A stretch of 64,000 nt of DNA from Bacillota bacterium (lineage in GTDB: Bacteria; Bacillota_I; Bacilli_A; RFN20; CAG-288), in assembly GCA_036830315.1 (NCBI GenBank), contig DAISOU010000006.1, positions 1,212 to 65,211 on the forward strand, written 5' to 3'. Below the pieces are notes generated by a model, which worked only from the letters and a program-made list of their open reading frames with translations, made no database searches and was not told the origin of the DNA. Positions 53,276 to 62,186 of the stretch are shown here, in pieces; position 1 is the first letter of the stretch, and the number at the start of each line of letters is the position of its first letter. Both the position numbers and the translations under genes were made by a program.

Positions 53276-54505
53276 ATGAAAGATAAAGAAACAAATAAAA
53301 AAATCAAAGAAAAGCAGAAAAGAATAGTTACTAAGGGCCTGCCTAAGACTCTTGCTCTTTTATTATTGCCTGTTTTTCTTCTGCAGATTCTAGTCGTTTG
53401 TGCTCCCAGCACCTATTTTCTCTCTCTTCTTCTGACCTATTTCATCCTGCCGATGTTCTATACCGTTGAAAAACGTCTTCGTTTTGCCGTTTCCGGAATC
53501 GGAAAAGACAACTTTTCCTATAAAGACGGCTATGACTCCTTTTTTGGCGGAGTTCAAGGCGGAATATTCGGTGTTATCTTTGTCATCATTGAAGCTTTCC
53601 TAGTCGGTATTCTCTGTTATTTCCTCGTCAGCTTAGCCAGTGTCAGCATTATCAACTGCTTCGAAGGCGCTAATGACGTCTATCAGCATATGATTGAGAT
53701 GATGAGCAGCCCCAACGCTTCCATGAATGAATTGATGGAGTATCTGATGAGTGAAGGTCATCTTTTGATTCAGCCTCTGACTGTCATCGTCGGCTTAGTC
53801 GTCTTCATACCGGAATTATTGATCGTCTTCTACTTCCTAAACACTAACCTTGATGACCATTATCTTTGCACGATTGTTCTTCCTGACATCGACAAGAATA
53901 TCTCGGCCTCTCAGGCCAGAAGCATCTGCCGCAGCTCTTTTGGACGACCGATCAGAAATAAGAGACTCAGTATTTCTCTTGGCATGAATTGGCCTTATTA
54001 TCTTGCCTTCACAATCTTCTATGGCGTTATTCTCTACGTCTGCTCTTTTATCACTTCCTCCAATATCATGCTCCTTCCTCTTATCGTCATGATAGCTCCC
54101 ACCATTTCTCTGTTTTTCGGTATGTTCTTAGATTATTTCTGCTTAGGAAACGAATATGCAGTCTTAGAAGTCATCTCGGGTGATCTTGTCAATCTTCTTC
54201 CTCTCCCTATGCAGGAATCTATCAGCCGCACTTATAATGATCCTCACTATAATCACGGCGAGGAATCGGCAATAAGAGGTGCTTTCATTCCGCCAAGATC
54301 TTATGACAGCCACGATTTTGGAAATAACAGTTTCCGTGCAACGGACAGAGGATTCAATCCTAGCGGTTTTGAATCTGAAGGCACTTATCAGCCTAAGGAC
54401 AGCAGCGATGATTCTTCAAAAGAAGACGAACAGCCTACCGGCGTGGTAATAGATTTATCAAGTCAGGAAAAGAAGAAGAATTCTGATAAGGGGGATAAAA
54501 AATGA
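53276..54505 (+). CDS. Polytopic membrane protein of unknown function with a disordered charged C-terminal tail
   Basis: About 6 hydrophobic segments and no motif I recognise. Its stop overlaps the next start (ATGA). Confidence 0.6.
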   Translation: MKDKETNKKIKEKQKRIVTKGLPKTLALLLLPVFLLQILVVCAPSTYFLSLLLTYFILPMFYTVEKRLRFAVSGIGKDNFSYKDGYDSFFGGVQGGIFGVIFVIIEAFLVGILCYFLVSLASVSIINCFEGANDVYQHMIEMMSSPNASMNELMEYLMSEGHLLIQPLTVIVGLVVFIPELLIVFYFLNTNLDDHYLCTIVLPDIDKNISASQARSICRSSFGRPIRNKRLSISLGMNWPYYLAFTIFYGVILYVCSFITSSNIMLLPLIVMIAPTISLFFGMFLDYFCLGNEYAVLEVISGDLVNLLPLPMQESISRTYNDPHYNHGEESAIRGAFIPPRSYDSHDFGNNSFRATDRGFNPSGFESEGTYQPKDSSDDSSKEDEQPTGVVIDLSSQEKKKNSDKGDKK

Positions 54506-57450
54506 TCTCTGTTGGCATCGATATCGGTTCTACTACTATCAAAGCCGTAGTATTAAATGATGATCAAGTCATCTACAAATCATATGAAAGACATTATTCG
54601 AGAATCTCCGAGAAATTAGGAGAAGTTCTCGATGAGCTGAAAAAGGGACCGCTGAATGGAATCAGTGAGGTTCCTCTTTCTTTTTCTGGCTCTGCCGGCA
54701 TGGGAATCTCTGAAAACTGCAAATTTCCTTTTTATCAGGAAGTCTATGCTACCCGTGAAGCGACAAAGAAATATTATCCCAAGACCGATTGTATTATCGA
54801 ATTGGGCGGCGAAGACGCCAAGATTCTTTTCCTCACTGACGGTGTTGAAGTCAGAATGAACGGAACCTGTGCCGGCGGCACAGGTGCTTTCATCGATCAG
54901 ATGGCCTCGCTTTTGAATGTTCCGGTCGAGAAAATAAACGACTTGGCAAAGGGCTATGAGAGAACTTATACTATCGCCTCTCGCTGCGGAGTCTTTGCAA
55001 AAAGCGATATCCAGCCTCTTCTTAATCAGGGCGCCAGAAAAGAAGACGTGGCTGAATCAATTTTCTATTCTGTCGTCAATCAGACCATAGCCGGTCTTGC
55101 CCAAGGCCGTGAGATTACAGGCAATGTCATGTATCTGGGCGGGCCTTTGACTTTCATGTCCGAACTGAGAAATGCTTTTGACAAATCCTTGAAGGTCCAA
55201 GGACTTCTTCCTGAGAATTCATTGTATTTCGTCGCTTTGGGAGCAGCTTTGTTAGCCAAGAACGACAAGCCCATTGTCTTAGACTCGATAATGGATAAAG
55301 TCCGTTCTTACAGAAACAACGAAAACTTCTCCTATATCGATCCTTTATTCAAAGACGAGAATGAATATGATGCTTTTAAAAAGAGACACGACGAAGACAA
55401 AGTCGATATTCTTCCTTTGGCTGATTATGTCGGCCCCCTGTATTTAGGTGTGGATTCAGGTTCTACTACTTTGAAATCAGTACTCATCGATAAAGACTGC
55501 AATATCCGCTATACGTCCTATGTCCCAAATAAAGGAGATCCTATCTCTTTATTGAAAGACATGCTTATCGATATCTACGAAAAGAAGAACAAGGATGCCT
55601 ATATTGCCGGTTCCTCGGCCACAGGCTACGGAGAGGACTTAGCGAAGAACGCCTTTAGCTTTGATCACGGAATCGTTGAGACGATGGCTCATTTCACCGC
55701 TGCCAAGCACTTCCTTCCCGATGTCGAATTCGTCATCGATATCGGCGGTCAGGATATCAAGTGCTTTAGAATCAGAAAAGGTGTCATCGACGATATCTTC
55801 TTGAATGAAGCCTGTTCGTCAGGCTGCGGATCATTTCTGCAGACTTTTGCCTCTTCTTTAGGCTACTCTATTGCTGACTTTGCCAAACTGGCCTTGTTTG
55901 CAAAGAGACCTGTCAACTTAGGAAGCCGCTGCACAGTCTTTATGAATTCCTCTGTCAAGCAGGCTCAGAAAGATGGTGCCACTGTCAACGATATCGCTGC
56001 CGGTCTTGATATCTCAGTTGTCAAGAACGCACTCTATAAAGTCATCCGCTGTGGAAGCAAGGATGAGTTAGGTAAGAGAATTGTGGTTCAGGGCGGAACC
56101 TTCCTTAACGATGCTGTTTTACGTGCGTTTGAAAAAGAACTCGGCGTCGATGTCATCCGATCTAATATTGCCGGTCTGATGGGAGCTTATGGAGCTGCCT
56201 TGGACGCAAAAGACCTTCATCTTGAAGAATCAAAGATGTTAACAGAAGACAAACTCAGAGACTTCAAGAGAAAAGTCAATTCTGTAGTGTGCCAAGGCTG
56301 CAATAATCACTGCAAGCTCACTATCTCGGTCTTCGATGACAAGAGAATATTTATCGGCGGTAACAGATGCGAGAAGCCGGTGACAAAGAAAGCCACTGAT
56401 CTCTCTCTTGATCTTTTTGATTTCAAGAACCGCTATCTGAAGACCTTCAATAACGAAAAAGCCGACCCCTCTCTTTATAAGAGAGGAAAAATCGGTCTTC
56501 CGATGGGCCTTAACTACTATGAGCTTCTTCCTTTCTGGTCCACTTTCTTCACTTCTCTGAAGTTCCAGGTAGTCTTATCCGACCCTTCTTCTGCAAAACT
56601 ATATCATGAAGGACAGATGACTATTCCTTCTGACACTGTCTGTTATCCGGCTAAGCTGATGCATGGCCATGTCATCAACCTTATCGACAAAGGCGTTAAG
56701 ACCATCTTCTATCCCTGCATGTCCTATAACGTTGAGGAAAAAGGAACTGACAATCACTATAATTGCCCAGTCGTCGCTTATTATTCCGAAGTCATCAAAG
56801 CCAATATCAAGGCTTTGAAGACAAACGGAATCCTTTATCTCAGCGACTATGTCAACTTATCGATGAGGAACTTCTTCCCGAAGAAAATCTACGAACAGTT
56901 AGTTCAGTTCTTCCCTGATCTTACCTATTTCGAAGTGAAAAGAGCGTCTGATTTAGCTTATGACGCTTATCGAAAATATGAGATCATCACTTCCAGAAAA
57001 GGCGAAGAGATAATCGAAGATGCCAGAAAACAGCATAAGACAATCATCGTCCTTGCCGGACGTCCGTATCATGTCGATCCTCTTATCAATCACGACATCG
57101 ACAAACTGATCTTAGGCTATGACTGTGCCATTGTCAGCGAAGACGTCATCGCAAGACTTGAAAAGAAACCAGAACCCAGTCATGTTCTCAACCAATGGAC
57201 TTATCATTCACGCCTTTATAAAGCCGCCGAATATGTCAAAGACCAAGAAGACATGCAGTTAGTTCAGCTGGTGTCTTTTGGCTGTGGAGTCGATGCTGTG
57301 ACAAGCGATGAAGTCCGTGATATTCTCGAAAGAAACGGAAAGATCTATACTCAGGTCAAGATAGATGAAGTCACTAATCTTGGCACAGTCAAAATCAGAA
57401 TCCGTTCTCTTTTGGAAGCCTTGAGACGTCAGAAGGAGAGCAAGATATGA
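54502..57450 (+). CDS. Double BcrAD/BadFG-type ATPase (2-hydroxyacyl-CoA dehydratase activase-like) fused to a Cys-rich linker and a dehydratase-like domain
   Basis: Two actin-fold ATPase modules (GIDIGSTTIKAVV and GVDSGSTTLKSVL). Each carries the cluster-ligand contexts (GTCAGGTGAF/SRCGVFAKS and EACSSGCGSF/SRCTVFMNS). These are followed by CQGCNNHC...NRCEKP and a C-terminal domain with VCYPAKL. Confidence 0.85.
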   Translation: MISVGIDIGSTTIKAVVLNDDQVIYKSYERHYSRISEKLGEVLDELKKGPLNGISEVPLSFSGSAGMGISENCKFPFYQEVYATREATKKYYPKTDCIIELGGEDAKILFLTDGVEVRMNGTCAGGTGAFIDQMASLLNVPVEKINDLAKGYERTYTIASRCGVFAKSDIQPLLNQGARKEDVAESIFYSVVNQTIAGLAQGREITGNVMYLGGPLTFMSELRNAFDKSLKVQGLLPENSLYFVALGAALLAKNDKPIVLDSIMDKVRSYRNNENFSYIDPLFKDENEYDAFKKRHDEDKVDILPLADYVGPLYLGVDSGSTTLKSVLIDKDCNIRYTSYVPNKGDPISLLKDMLIDIYEKKNKDAYIAGSSATGYGEDLAKNAFSFDHGIVETMAHFTAAKHFLPDVEFVIDIGGQDIKCFRIRKGVIDDIFLNEACSSGCGSFLQTFASSLGYSIADFAKLALFAKRPVNLGSRCTVFMNSSVKQAQKDGATVNDIAAGLDISVVKNALYKVIRCGSKDELGKRIVVQGGTFLNDAVLRAFEKELGVDVIRSNIAGLMGAYGAALDAKDLHLEESKMLTEDKLRDFKRKVNSVVCQGCNNHCKLTISVFDDKRIFIGGNRCEKPVTKKATDLSLDLFDFKNRYLKTFNNEKADPSLYKRGKIGLPMGLNYYELLPFWSTFFTSLKFQVVLSDPSSAKLYHEGQMTIPSDTVCYPAKLMHGHVINLIDKGVKTIFYPCMSYNVEEKGTDNHYNCPVVAYYSEVIKANIKALKTNGILYLSDYVNLSMRNFFPKKIYEQLVQFFPDLTYFEVKRASDLAYDAYRKYEIITSRKGEEIIEDARKQHKTIIVLAGRPYHVDPLINHDIDKLILGYDCAIVSEDVIARLEKKPEPSHVLNQWTYHSRLYKAAEYVKDQEDMQLVQLVSFGCGVDAVTSDEVRDILERNGKIYTQVKIDEVTNLGTVKIRIRSLLEALRRQKESKI

Positions 57451-58769
57451 GCGAAGAATTAAAGAGAGATAAAACCGGACGTATCATCTTCACCAAGAAG
57501 ATGAAAAAGGATTACACCATTCTTTTCCCCATGATGGCTCCTATTCATTTTGTCATGCTCCAGAAGGTCTTCAATCACTACGGATATCACGCTGAGCTAT
57601 TGACTGATACTTCTCCTGAAATTGCTCAGACCGGTCTAAAGTATATTCAAAACGATATGTGCTATCCGGCTATCTTAAGCTGCGGGCAGATGATTCACGC
57701 TCTTCAAAGCGGCAAGTATGACCTTCATCATGTCGCCTTGATGATTTCTCAGACTGGTGGAGGCTGCCGTGCCTCTAACTATATTTCTCTTTTGAGAAAA
57801 GGACTGAAAAGAGCCGGTCTTGATTACGTTCCGACAGTGAGTGTCAACATGTCTCATTTGGAACCGAATCCTGGCATGAAGATTACTCTGCCTTTGATAA
57901 GAAGAGCTGCTGCTGCTGTTATCTACGGCGACATGCTGATGGTCTTGAAGAATCAGGCTGAGCCTTATGAAATAAACAAAGGCGAAACCATGGAGAAGGT
58001 TCGAAAATGGCAGGACTATCTCTCAGAGCAGATTCTCCACAGTGACGCTTATAAGATGAAGAAAGTAAAAAGAATACTTAATGATATCGCTTCAGATTTT
58101 GACACGATCAAATTAGACGGCAAACCTCGAGTCAAGGTCGGCATTGTCGGCGAAATCTATGTAAAATACGCCGCTCTTGGCAATAACAATCTGGAACAGT
58201 TCTTACGTGATCAAGATTGTGAAGTCAACCTTCCCGGCATGATGAATTTCATCATCTTCAAAGTAGACAACCGTATCGAAGACTGCAATCTTTATGGCGG
58301 ACATCAGATCAAGAAGATGATCTGTTCCTGGCTTTTTGATTTCTGCACCGGTATGCAGAATGCCTTTAATGACGCCATCAAAGAACATTCTCATTTCCAA
58401 GTTCCTTCCACCTACGCCCATGTCAGAGAACTAGTCAAAGGAATCAACGGATATGGAAACAAGATGGGAGAAGGCTGGCTATTAACCGGTGAGATGCTGG
58501 AGTTAGCTGATTCGGGATACGAAAACATTGTCTGCACACAGCCTTTTGGCTGTCTTCCTAATCATATTTCCGGAAAGGGAATGATAAGAAGAGTCAGAGA
58601 AGCTGACAGCAGAGCCAACATTGTCGCTGTTGATTATGATGCCGGTGCTCCGAAAGTCAATCAGGAAAACCGCATCAAACTGATGCTTTCCATCGCTAAG
58701 GAAAACCTTGAAAAAAAAGAAGCTGAGTCTCAGAAGGAGAACTCAGCTGTTAAGGCTGAAGACAAGTAG
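57447..58769 (+). CDS. 2-hydroxyacyl-CoA dehydratase-like / activase-associated subunit
   Basis: MCYPAIL and QTGGGCRASNY motifs. ATGA coupling to the upstream activase-like gene. In other anaerobes this part is, from memory, often fused to the preceding protein. Confidence 0.7.
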   Translation: MSEELKRDKTGRIIFTKKMKKDYTILFPMMAPIHFVMLQKVFNHYGYHAELLTDTSPEIAQTGLKYIQNDMCYPAILSCGQMIHALQSGKYDLHHVALMISQTGGGCRASNYISLLRKGLKRAGLDYVPTVSVNMSHLEPNPGMKITLPLIRRAAAAVIYGDMLMVLKNQAEPYEINKGETMEKVRKWQDYLSEQILHSDAYKMKKVKRILNDIASDFDTIKLDGKPRVKVGIVGEIYVKYAALGNNNLEQFLRDQDCEVNLPGMMNFIIFKVDNRIEDCNLYGGHQIKKMICSWLFDFCTGMQNAFNDAIKEHSHFQVPSTYAHVRELVKGINGYGNKMGEGWLLTGEMLELADSGYENIVCTQPFGCLPNHISGKGMIRRVREADSRANIVAVDYDAGAPKVNQENRIKLMLSIAKENLEKKEAESQKENSAVKAEDK

Positions 58770-59488
58770 AGCAGAGATATCTTATCGATAGAGTCTAATG
58801 AGAAGTCCTTGCTGATTTTATTTAAGCCGTTGATAGCGGCTTTTTTAAATCCTTCAAAATAGAAGGCGTTTTTATCAGTGGGTATAATCAAAGTATTTCC
58901 ATAACGGAAGACACCGTCAGTCGGATTATTCAAGTCAGCAATTATACTGCTGGAATCGATATCGGTTCTGGCTAAGAAGGCGTGGAAGAGTGATCTTGTG
59001 AATAAGACGGCCTGATTGAAGATGATTTCTTTGTTCTTGTCAAAATAGGAAAGAAGCTTCTTATCGATCTGATTGTTTTCATTGGCAAGATCGATGATAA
59101 CCAAAGGAGAAAAACGTGCCAATAAATCAGGAAGCATTACTTTATCTAAATCAAAGAGGAAGGAATCCAATGTTCTGAGAGCATTGCTTTTCTCGTTTTC
59201 CATCCGACTTCTATATTCTTGAGGGACTCGTCTGACAATATTGCTGAAATAGGTTTGGAAAGTAGTTTCTCCAAGCTGTGATTTCTCTTTCCCCTGTCCT
59301 TTTAAGATGATGGCATTAGCGACTAAGGAATACAGATAAAAAGAAATCAAGGACTGTTTGGTATCTTCGACATACCCCATTCCATTGATATCAAAACGAT
59401 TGGTGACTTCTTTGTCATTTAAGAAAAAAGAAATTCCTTTTTCATCGACAAGACTATTTACAGCATTGATAATATCTAATTTGTTCAT
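58730..59488 (-). CDS. Hypothetical cytoplasmic protein (252 aa)
   Basis: A long ORF in AT-rich DNA with a plausible protein composition. Extended -10 TGCTATAAT lies about 17 nt upstream of the ATG. No motif recognised. Confidence 0.55.
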   Translation of the reverse strand: MNKLDIINAVNSLVDEKGISFFLNDKEVTNRFDINGMGYVEDTKQSLISFYLYSLVANAIILKGQGKEKSQLGETTFQTYFSNIVRRVPQEYRSRMENEKSNALRTLDSFLFDLDKVMLPDLLARFSPLVIIDLANENNQIDKKLLSYFDKNKEIIFNQAVLFTRSLFHAFLARTDIDSSSIIADLNNPTDGVFRYGNTLIIPTDKNAFYFEGFKKAAINGLNKISKDFSLDSIDKISLLYLSSALTAEFSF

Positions 59489-59551
59489 GTTGGTTTATGG
59501 TTAAATTATAGCATAAGAAATAGAGGAAGAAAGCATAAATAGTTTTGGTGA

Positions 59552-59953
59552 TTATTTGACTGTTTTCTTTCCTTTGACGTTGAGAATGATGGCATATATG
59601 AGTTTGGATAATGAAAGAGCAGATAACACAAATCCTACAATGGCAATTAGAAAGAAAATAACAATCTGTGAAAAATCTCCATGCAGACCAGAAACAAGGA
59701 AGAAAGAGGAAACTATAAATGTAGAAACAAAGACCGATAAGTTGACTGCTATGTTCTCTTCAAATTGTGACCAGAAAATGAAAGAGAGAGCTGAATTTGC
59801 TATGGTACCTACTGCCAATAAAACTATTATTGTTATTAGGACAGGGGTTGAAGAAATAAAAGGATTGTAGTTCTGCACAAACATTAAAGAACAGATGAAG
59901 GTGTTGATAATCGAAATAGCGACTAGCGTTTTACTGATTAAATTTTTATTCAT
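59552..59953 (-). CDS. Hypothetical 4-TM membrane protein (133 aa)
   Basis: Four hydrophobic helices and RBS AAAGGAA 8 nt upstream of the ATG. No motif recognised. Confidence 0.55.
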   Translation of the reverse strand: MNKNLISKTLVAISIINTFICSLMFVQNYNPFISSTPVLITIIVLLAVGTIANSALSFIFWSQFEENIAVNLSVFVSTFIVSSFFLVSGLHGDFSQIVIFFLIAIVGFVLSALSLSKLIYAIILNVKGKKTVK

Positions 59954-60474
59954 GATATTTTCCTTTATTAATTAATCGAAAAGGAATATTTGGTGTAAGC
60001 AACATTAGGTATAAAAAAGCTTTATGAACGATATAAGCACAAAGATAAATCGATGGACTGGTTTCTGCAAAAGTTCTTTTCTGTTCCTTCTTGTCTGTTT
60101 TTAGTATGGGACGGAAAACTATGATAGACAAGCTGTAATTAGAAAATACTATGTTTTATCCATGTCTGGTTTATATGTTGAAAACTATGTTTTCTTTCAA
60201 GTATTTATTTTAAAAAAGGAAGTTTTCAGTGCTTTTTAAAAAAATTTTTTTCATTAACGAGATGAGACTGGATATCATACAGAACGACAAAACTATTACA
60301 AAGAAATATAACTGAGATTTTCAGGAGTCTTATCCCTTTCACGGATCTGATTACTTCACTGATTAGGGATTACAGACTGAGGAACACGGTTAAGTGAAAG
60401 ATGCGGACAAGTATTGGTTTCAGTTTGTTTTTTATAGACAATATTATAGAAATAGATTTATTGAATAGGTGTTA

Positions 60475-60530
60475 TTGAAGTATTGAAGTAACTATCGAAG
60501 TTCATAGAAGTAATACTTCTAAATTACTTC
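60475..60530. repeat. 56-bp direct repeat, copy 1 (upstream of the AlbA_2 gene)
   Basis: TTGAAGTATTGAAGTAACTATCGAAGTTCATAGAAGTAATACTTCTAAATTACTTC. It is 53/56 identical to 62032-62087. It contains four direct GAAGT units and the inverted repeat AGAAGT-N3-ACTTCT. Confidence 0.9.
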
Positions 60531-60551
60531 GTTTTATGCTATTATCATAAT
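60524..60551 (+). promoter_or_regulatory. Candidate promoter of the AlbA_2 gene, with the -35 inside repeat copy 1
   Basis: TTACTT (60524-60529), 16-nt spacer, CATAAT (60546-60551). Confidence 0.35.
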
Positions 60552-60565
60552 ATGAAGCGGAGGTT

Positions 60566-62035
60566 ATGGCAATGACATTTGAAGAATTATTTCCTGATGC
60601 TACTTTACAGTCCTTTGATGTTGAGTTTAAAGGATTTCTTGGCAGTGGTCCAGATGAAAAAGGATTAAGCAGTGAAGTCGGATGGCTGAAAACACTGGTG
60701 GCTTTTGCTAATGGCGCTGGCGGGTCTTTATTTGTAGGAGTTGAAAATAAAACCCATAAGATTGTGGCACTTGACCTTAATAGTGCCGATAAACAAATTC
60801 AATTGGTATACCGGACCTGCAAACAGAGAACAGACCCATTTATCGAACCTCTCATTAGTAAAATTGATATTCCATTTCCAAATGAAACGAGGGTTGTTAT
60901 CAGAATTGAGATTAAGCCTTCATCTCTGTTGCCGGTGCTTCTTAAAGACAGGGGCGGGTCTTTTGCTCTTGTCAGGAGATTTGGCCAAACTGATCTAGCT
61001 ACCTCGGAAGAACTACGAGAATTGGCACAAAAGAGCTCTGATATTTCCTTTGATGAATATCCAACTAAGGAATTGTTTAGCAATAACGATTTTACTTCTT
61101 TCTTCGAGTCTTATCAGGAACATAATGGAAGTCCTTTGGATCCAAAATATTTAATCAGTAAAGGTTTTATGGACATAAATGGATATCTTAGCCGAGGTGC
61201 TTTGCTTTTTAAAGACGAATGCAAAGATCCCAAAACAATGATATCTATTGTTAAATACCCTGGTATAGATAAAGGGTCCAGTGAATTGCTTTATGTGGAA
61301 AAACTAATTGGACCTATTCATACTTTGATATTGAAGGCGGCCAATATCATTCAAGCTCAATCTGTAAATGGTATTAAAAAAACCTCCTCAGGCGAGAAAA
61401 AAATCTTTTCTTTTCCTGCCAGATCTCTTTTGGAAGGAATTGCCAATGCGTTTGCTCATCGAAACTATTGGATTGGCGGTTCTCAGATTCAAATATCTAT
61501 TTTCAAGGATCGAGTGGAAATTGTTTCCCCGGGGTCTTTGTTGGGTCTTCAAAATCTTCCCAAGGATAAGGATATTAAAAACATCAAACCTCGCCATCGT
61601 AACGAAGTCATTTGCAATGCCCTTTCTCTTTTAGGCTTGATTCAAGGTTTAGGAACTGGTTTTGACAAAATTGCCGATGACTATCGAATGGCTGATGAAG
61701 CTCATCAGCCCTATGTAGAGAGTTCTCCATCCTCCTTCTCTTTGACACTCCCAGATCTTATGTATGCCCAAGGTGTAGTCGGAACAGATAATCCTGCTCC
61801 TGCCATTGCTCTTATCGGAGCCGGGCAATTAAGTGCTAAAGAAAACCAAGTTCTCTCTTTTTGTTACCCTAGAAAACGAACCTTGAAAGAAATAGCTCAA
61901 TTTCTTGGAATTTCAGTATCTTCATATTTGAAGGGCGAACTACTTGGGGGCCTGATAACAAAAGGTTATCTTATTCAAAGTGACCAAAGACCAGCCTCCT
62001 ATTTGACTTCTAGAGAAAAGGTCTATTTGATTTGA
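60566..62035 (+). CDS. Schlafen/AlbA_2 domain plus HATPase_c_4 domain protein with a C-terminal wHTH-like region (often annotated as a RecG-like putative regulator)
   Basis: AlbA_2-like FDVEFKG...EVGWLKTLVAFANGAGGSLFVGVENKTHKIVAL. HATPase_c_4-like LLEGIANAFAHRNYWIGGSQIQISIFKDRVEIVSPGSL. GGAGG at 60559-60563 favours the second ATG at 60572. Confidence 0.8.
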   Translation: MAMTFEELFPDATLQSFDVEFKGFLGSGPDEKGLSSEVGWLKTLVAFANGAGGSLFVGVENKTHKIVALDLNSADKQIQLVYRTCKQRTDPFIEPLISKIDIPFPNETRVVIRIEIKPSSLLPVLLKDRGGSFALVRRFGQTDLATSEELRELAQKSSDISFDEYPTKELFSNNDFTSFFESYQEHNGSPLDPKYLISKGFMDINGYLSRGALLFKDECKDPKTMISIVKYPGIDKGSSELLYVEKLIGPIHTLILKAANIIQAQSVNGIKKTSSGEKKIFSFPARSLLEGIANAFAHRNYWIGGSQIQISIFKDRVEIVSPGSLLGLQNLPKDKDIKNIKPRHRNEVICNALSLLGLIQGLGTGFDKIADDYRMADEAHQPYVESSPSSFSLTLPDLMYAQGVVGTDNPAPAIALIGAGQLSAKENQVLSFCYPRKRTLKEIAQFLGISVSSYLKGELLGGLITKGYLIQSDQRPASYLTSREKVYLI

Positions 62036-62087
62036 AGTATTGAAGTAACTATCGAAGTTAATAGAAGTAATACTTCTAAACAACTTC
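62032..62087. repeat. 56-bp direct repeat, copy 2 (starts at the stop codon of the AlbA_2 gene)
   Basis: TTGAAGTATTGAAGTAACTATCGAAGTTAATAGAAGTAATACTTCTAAACAACTTC. See copy 1. Confidence 0.9.
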
Positions 62088-62186
62088 TATATTGTTGATT
62101 GGTCTTTGTTTTAAAGCGTTTTGTCCTATGCTGTTTTTAGGATTAACACTCTAGGTTCTTAACTAGATAGGCTTGTTTTTGGAATG

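Noticed and set aside
60024-60104. 26-codon ORF (MNDISTKINRWTGFCKSSFLFLLVCF) in the 612-bp spacer as a possible type I toxin-like peptide.
   Set aside because: There is no Shine-Dalgarno sequence, no recognisable antisense RNA partner, and ORFs of this length are expected by chance in AT-rich DNA. It is only worth revisiting if Ribo-seq or conservation supports it.
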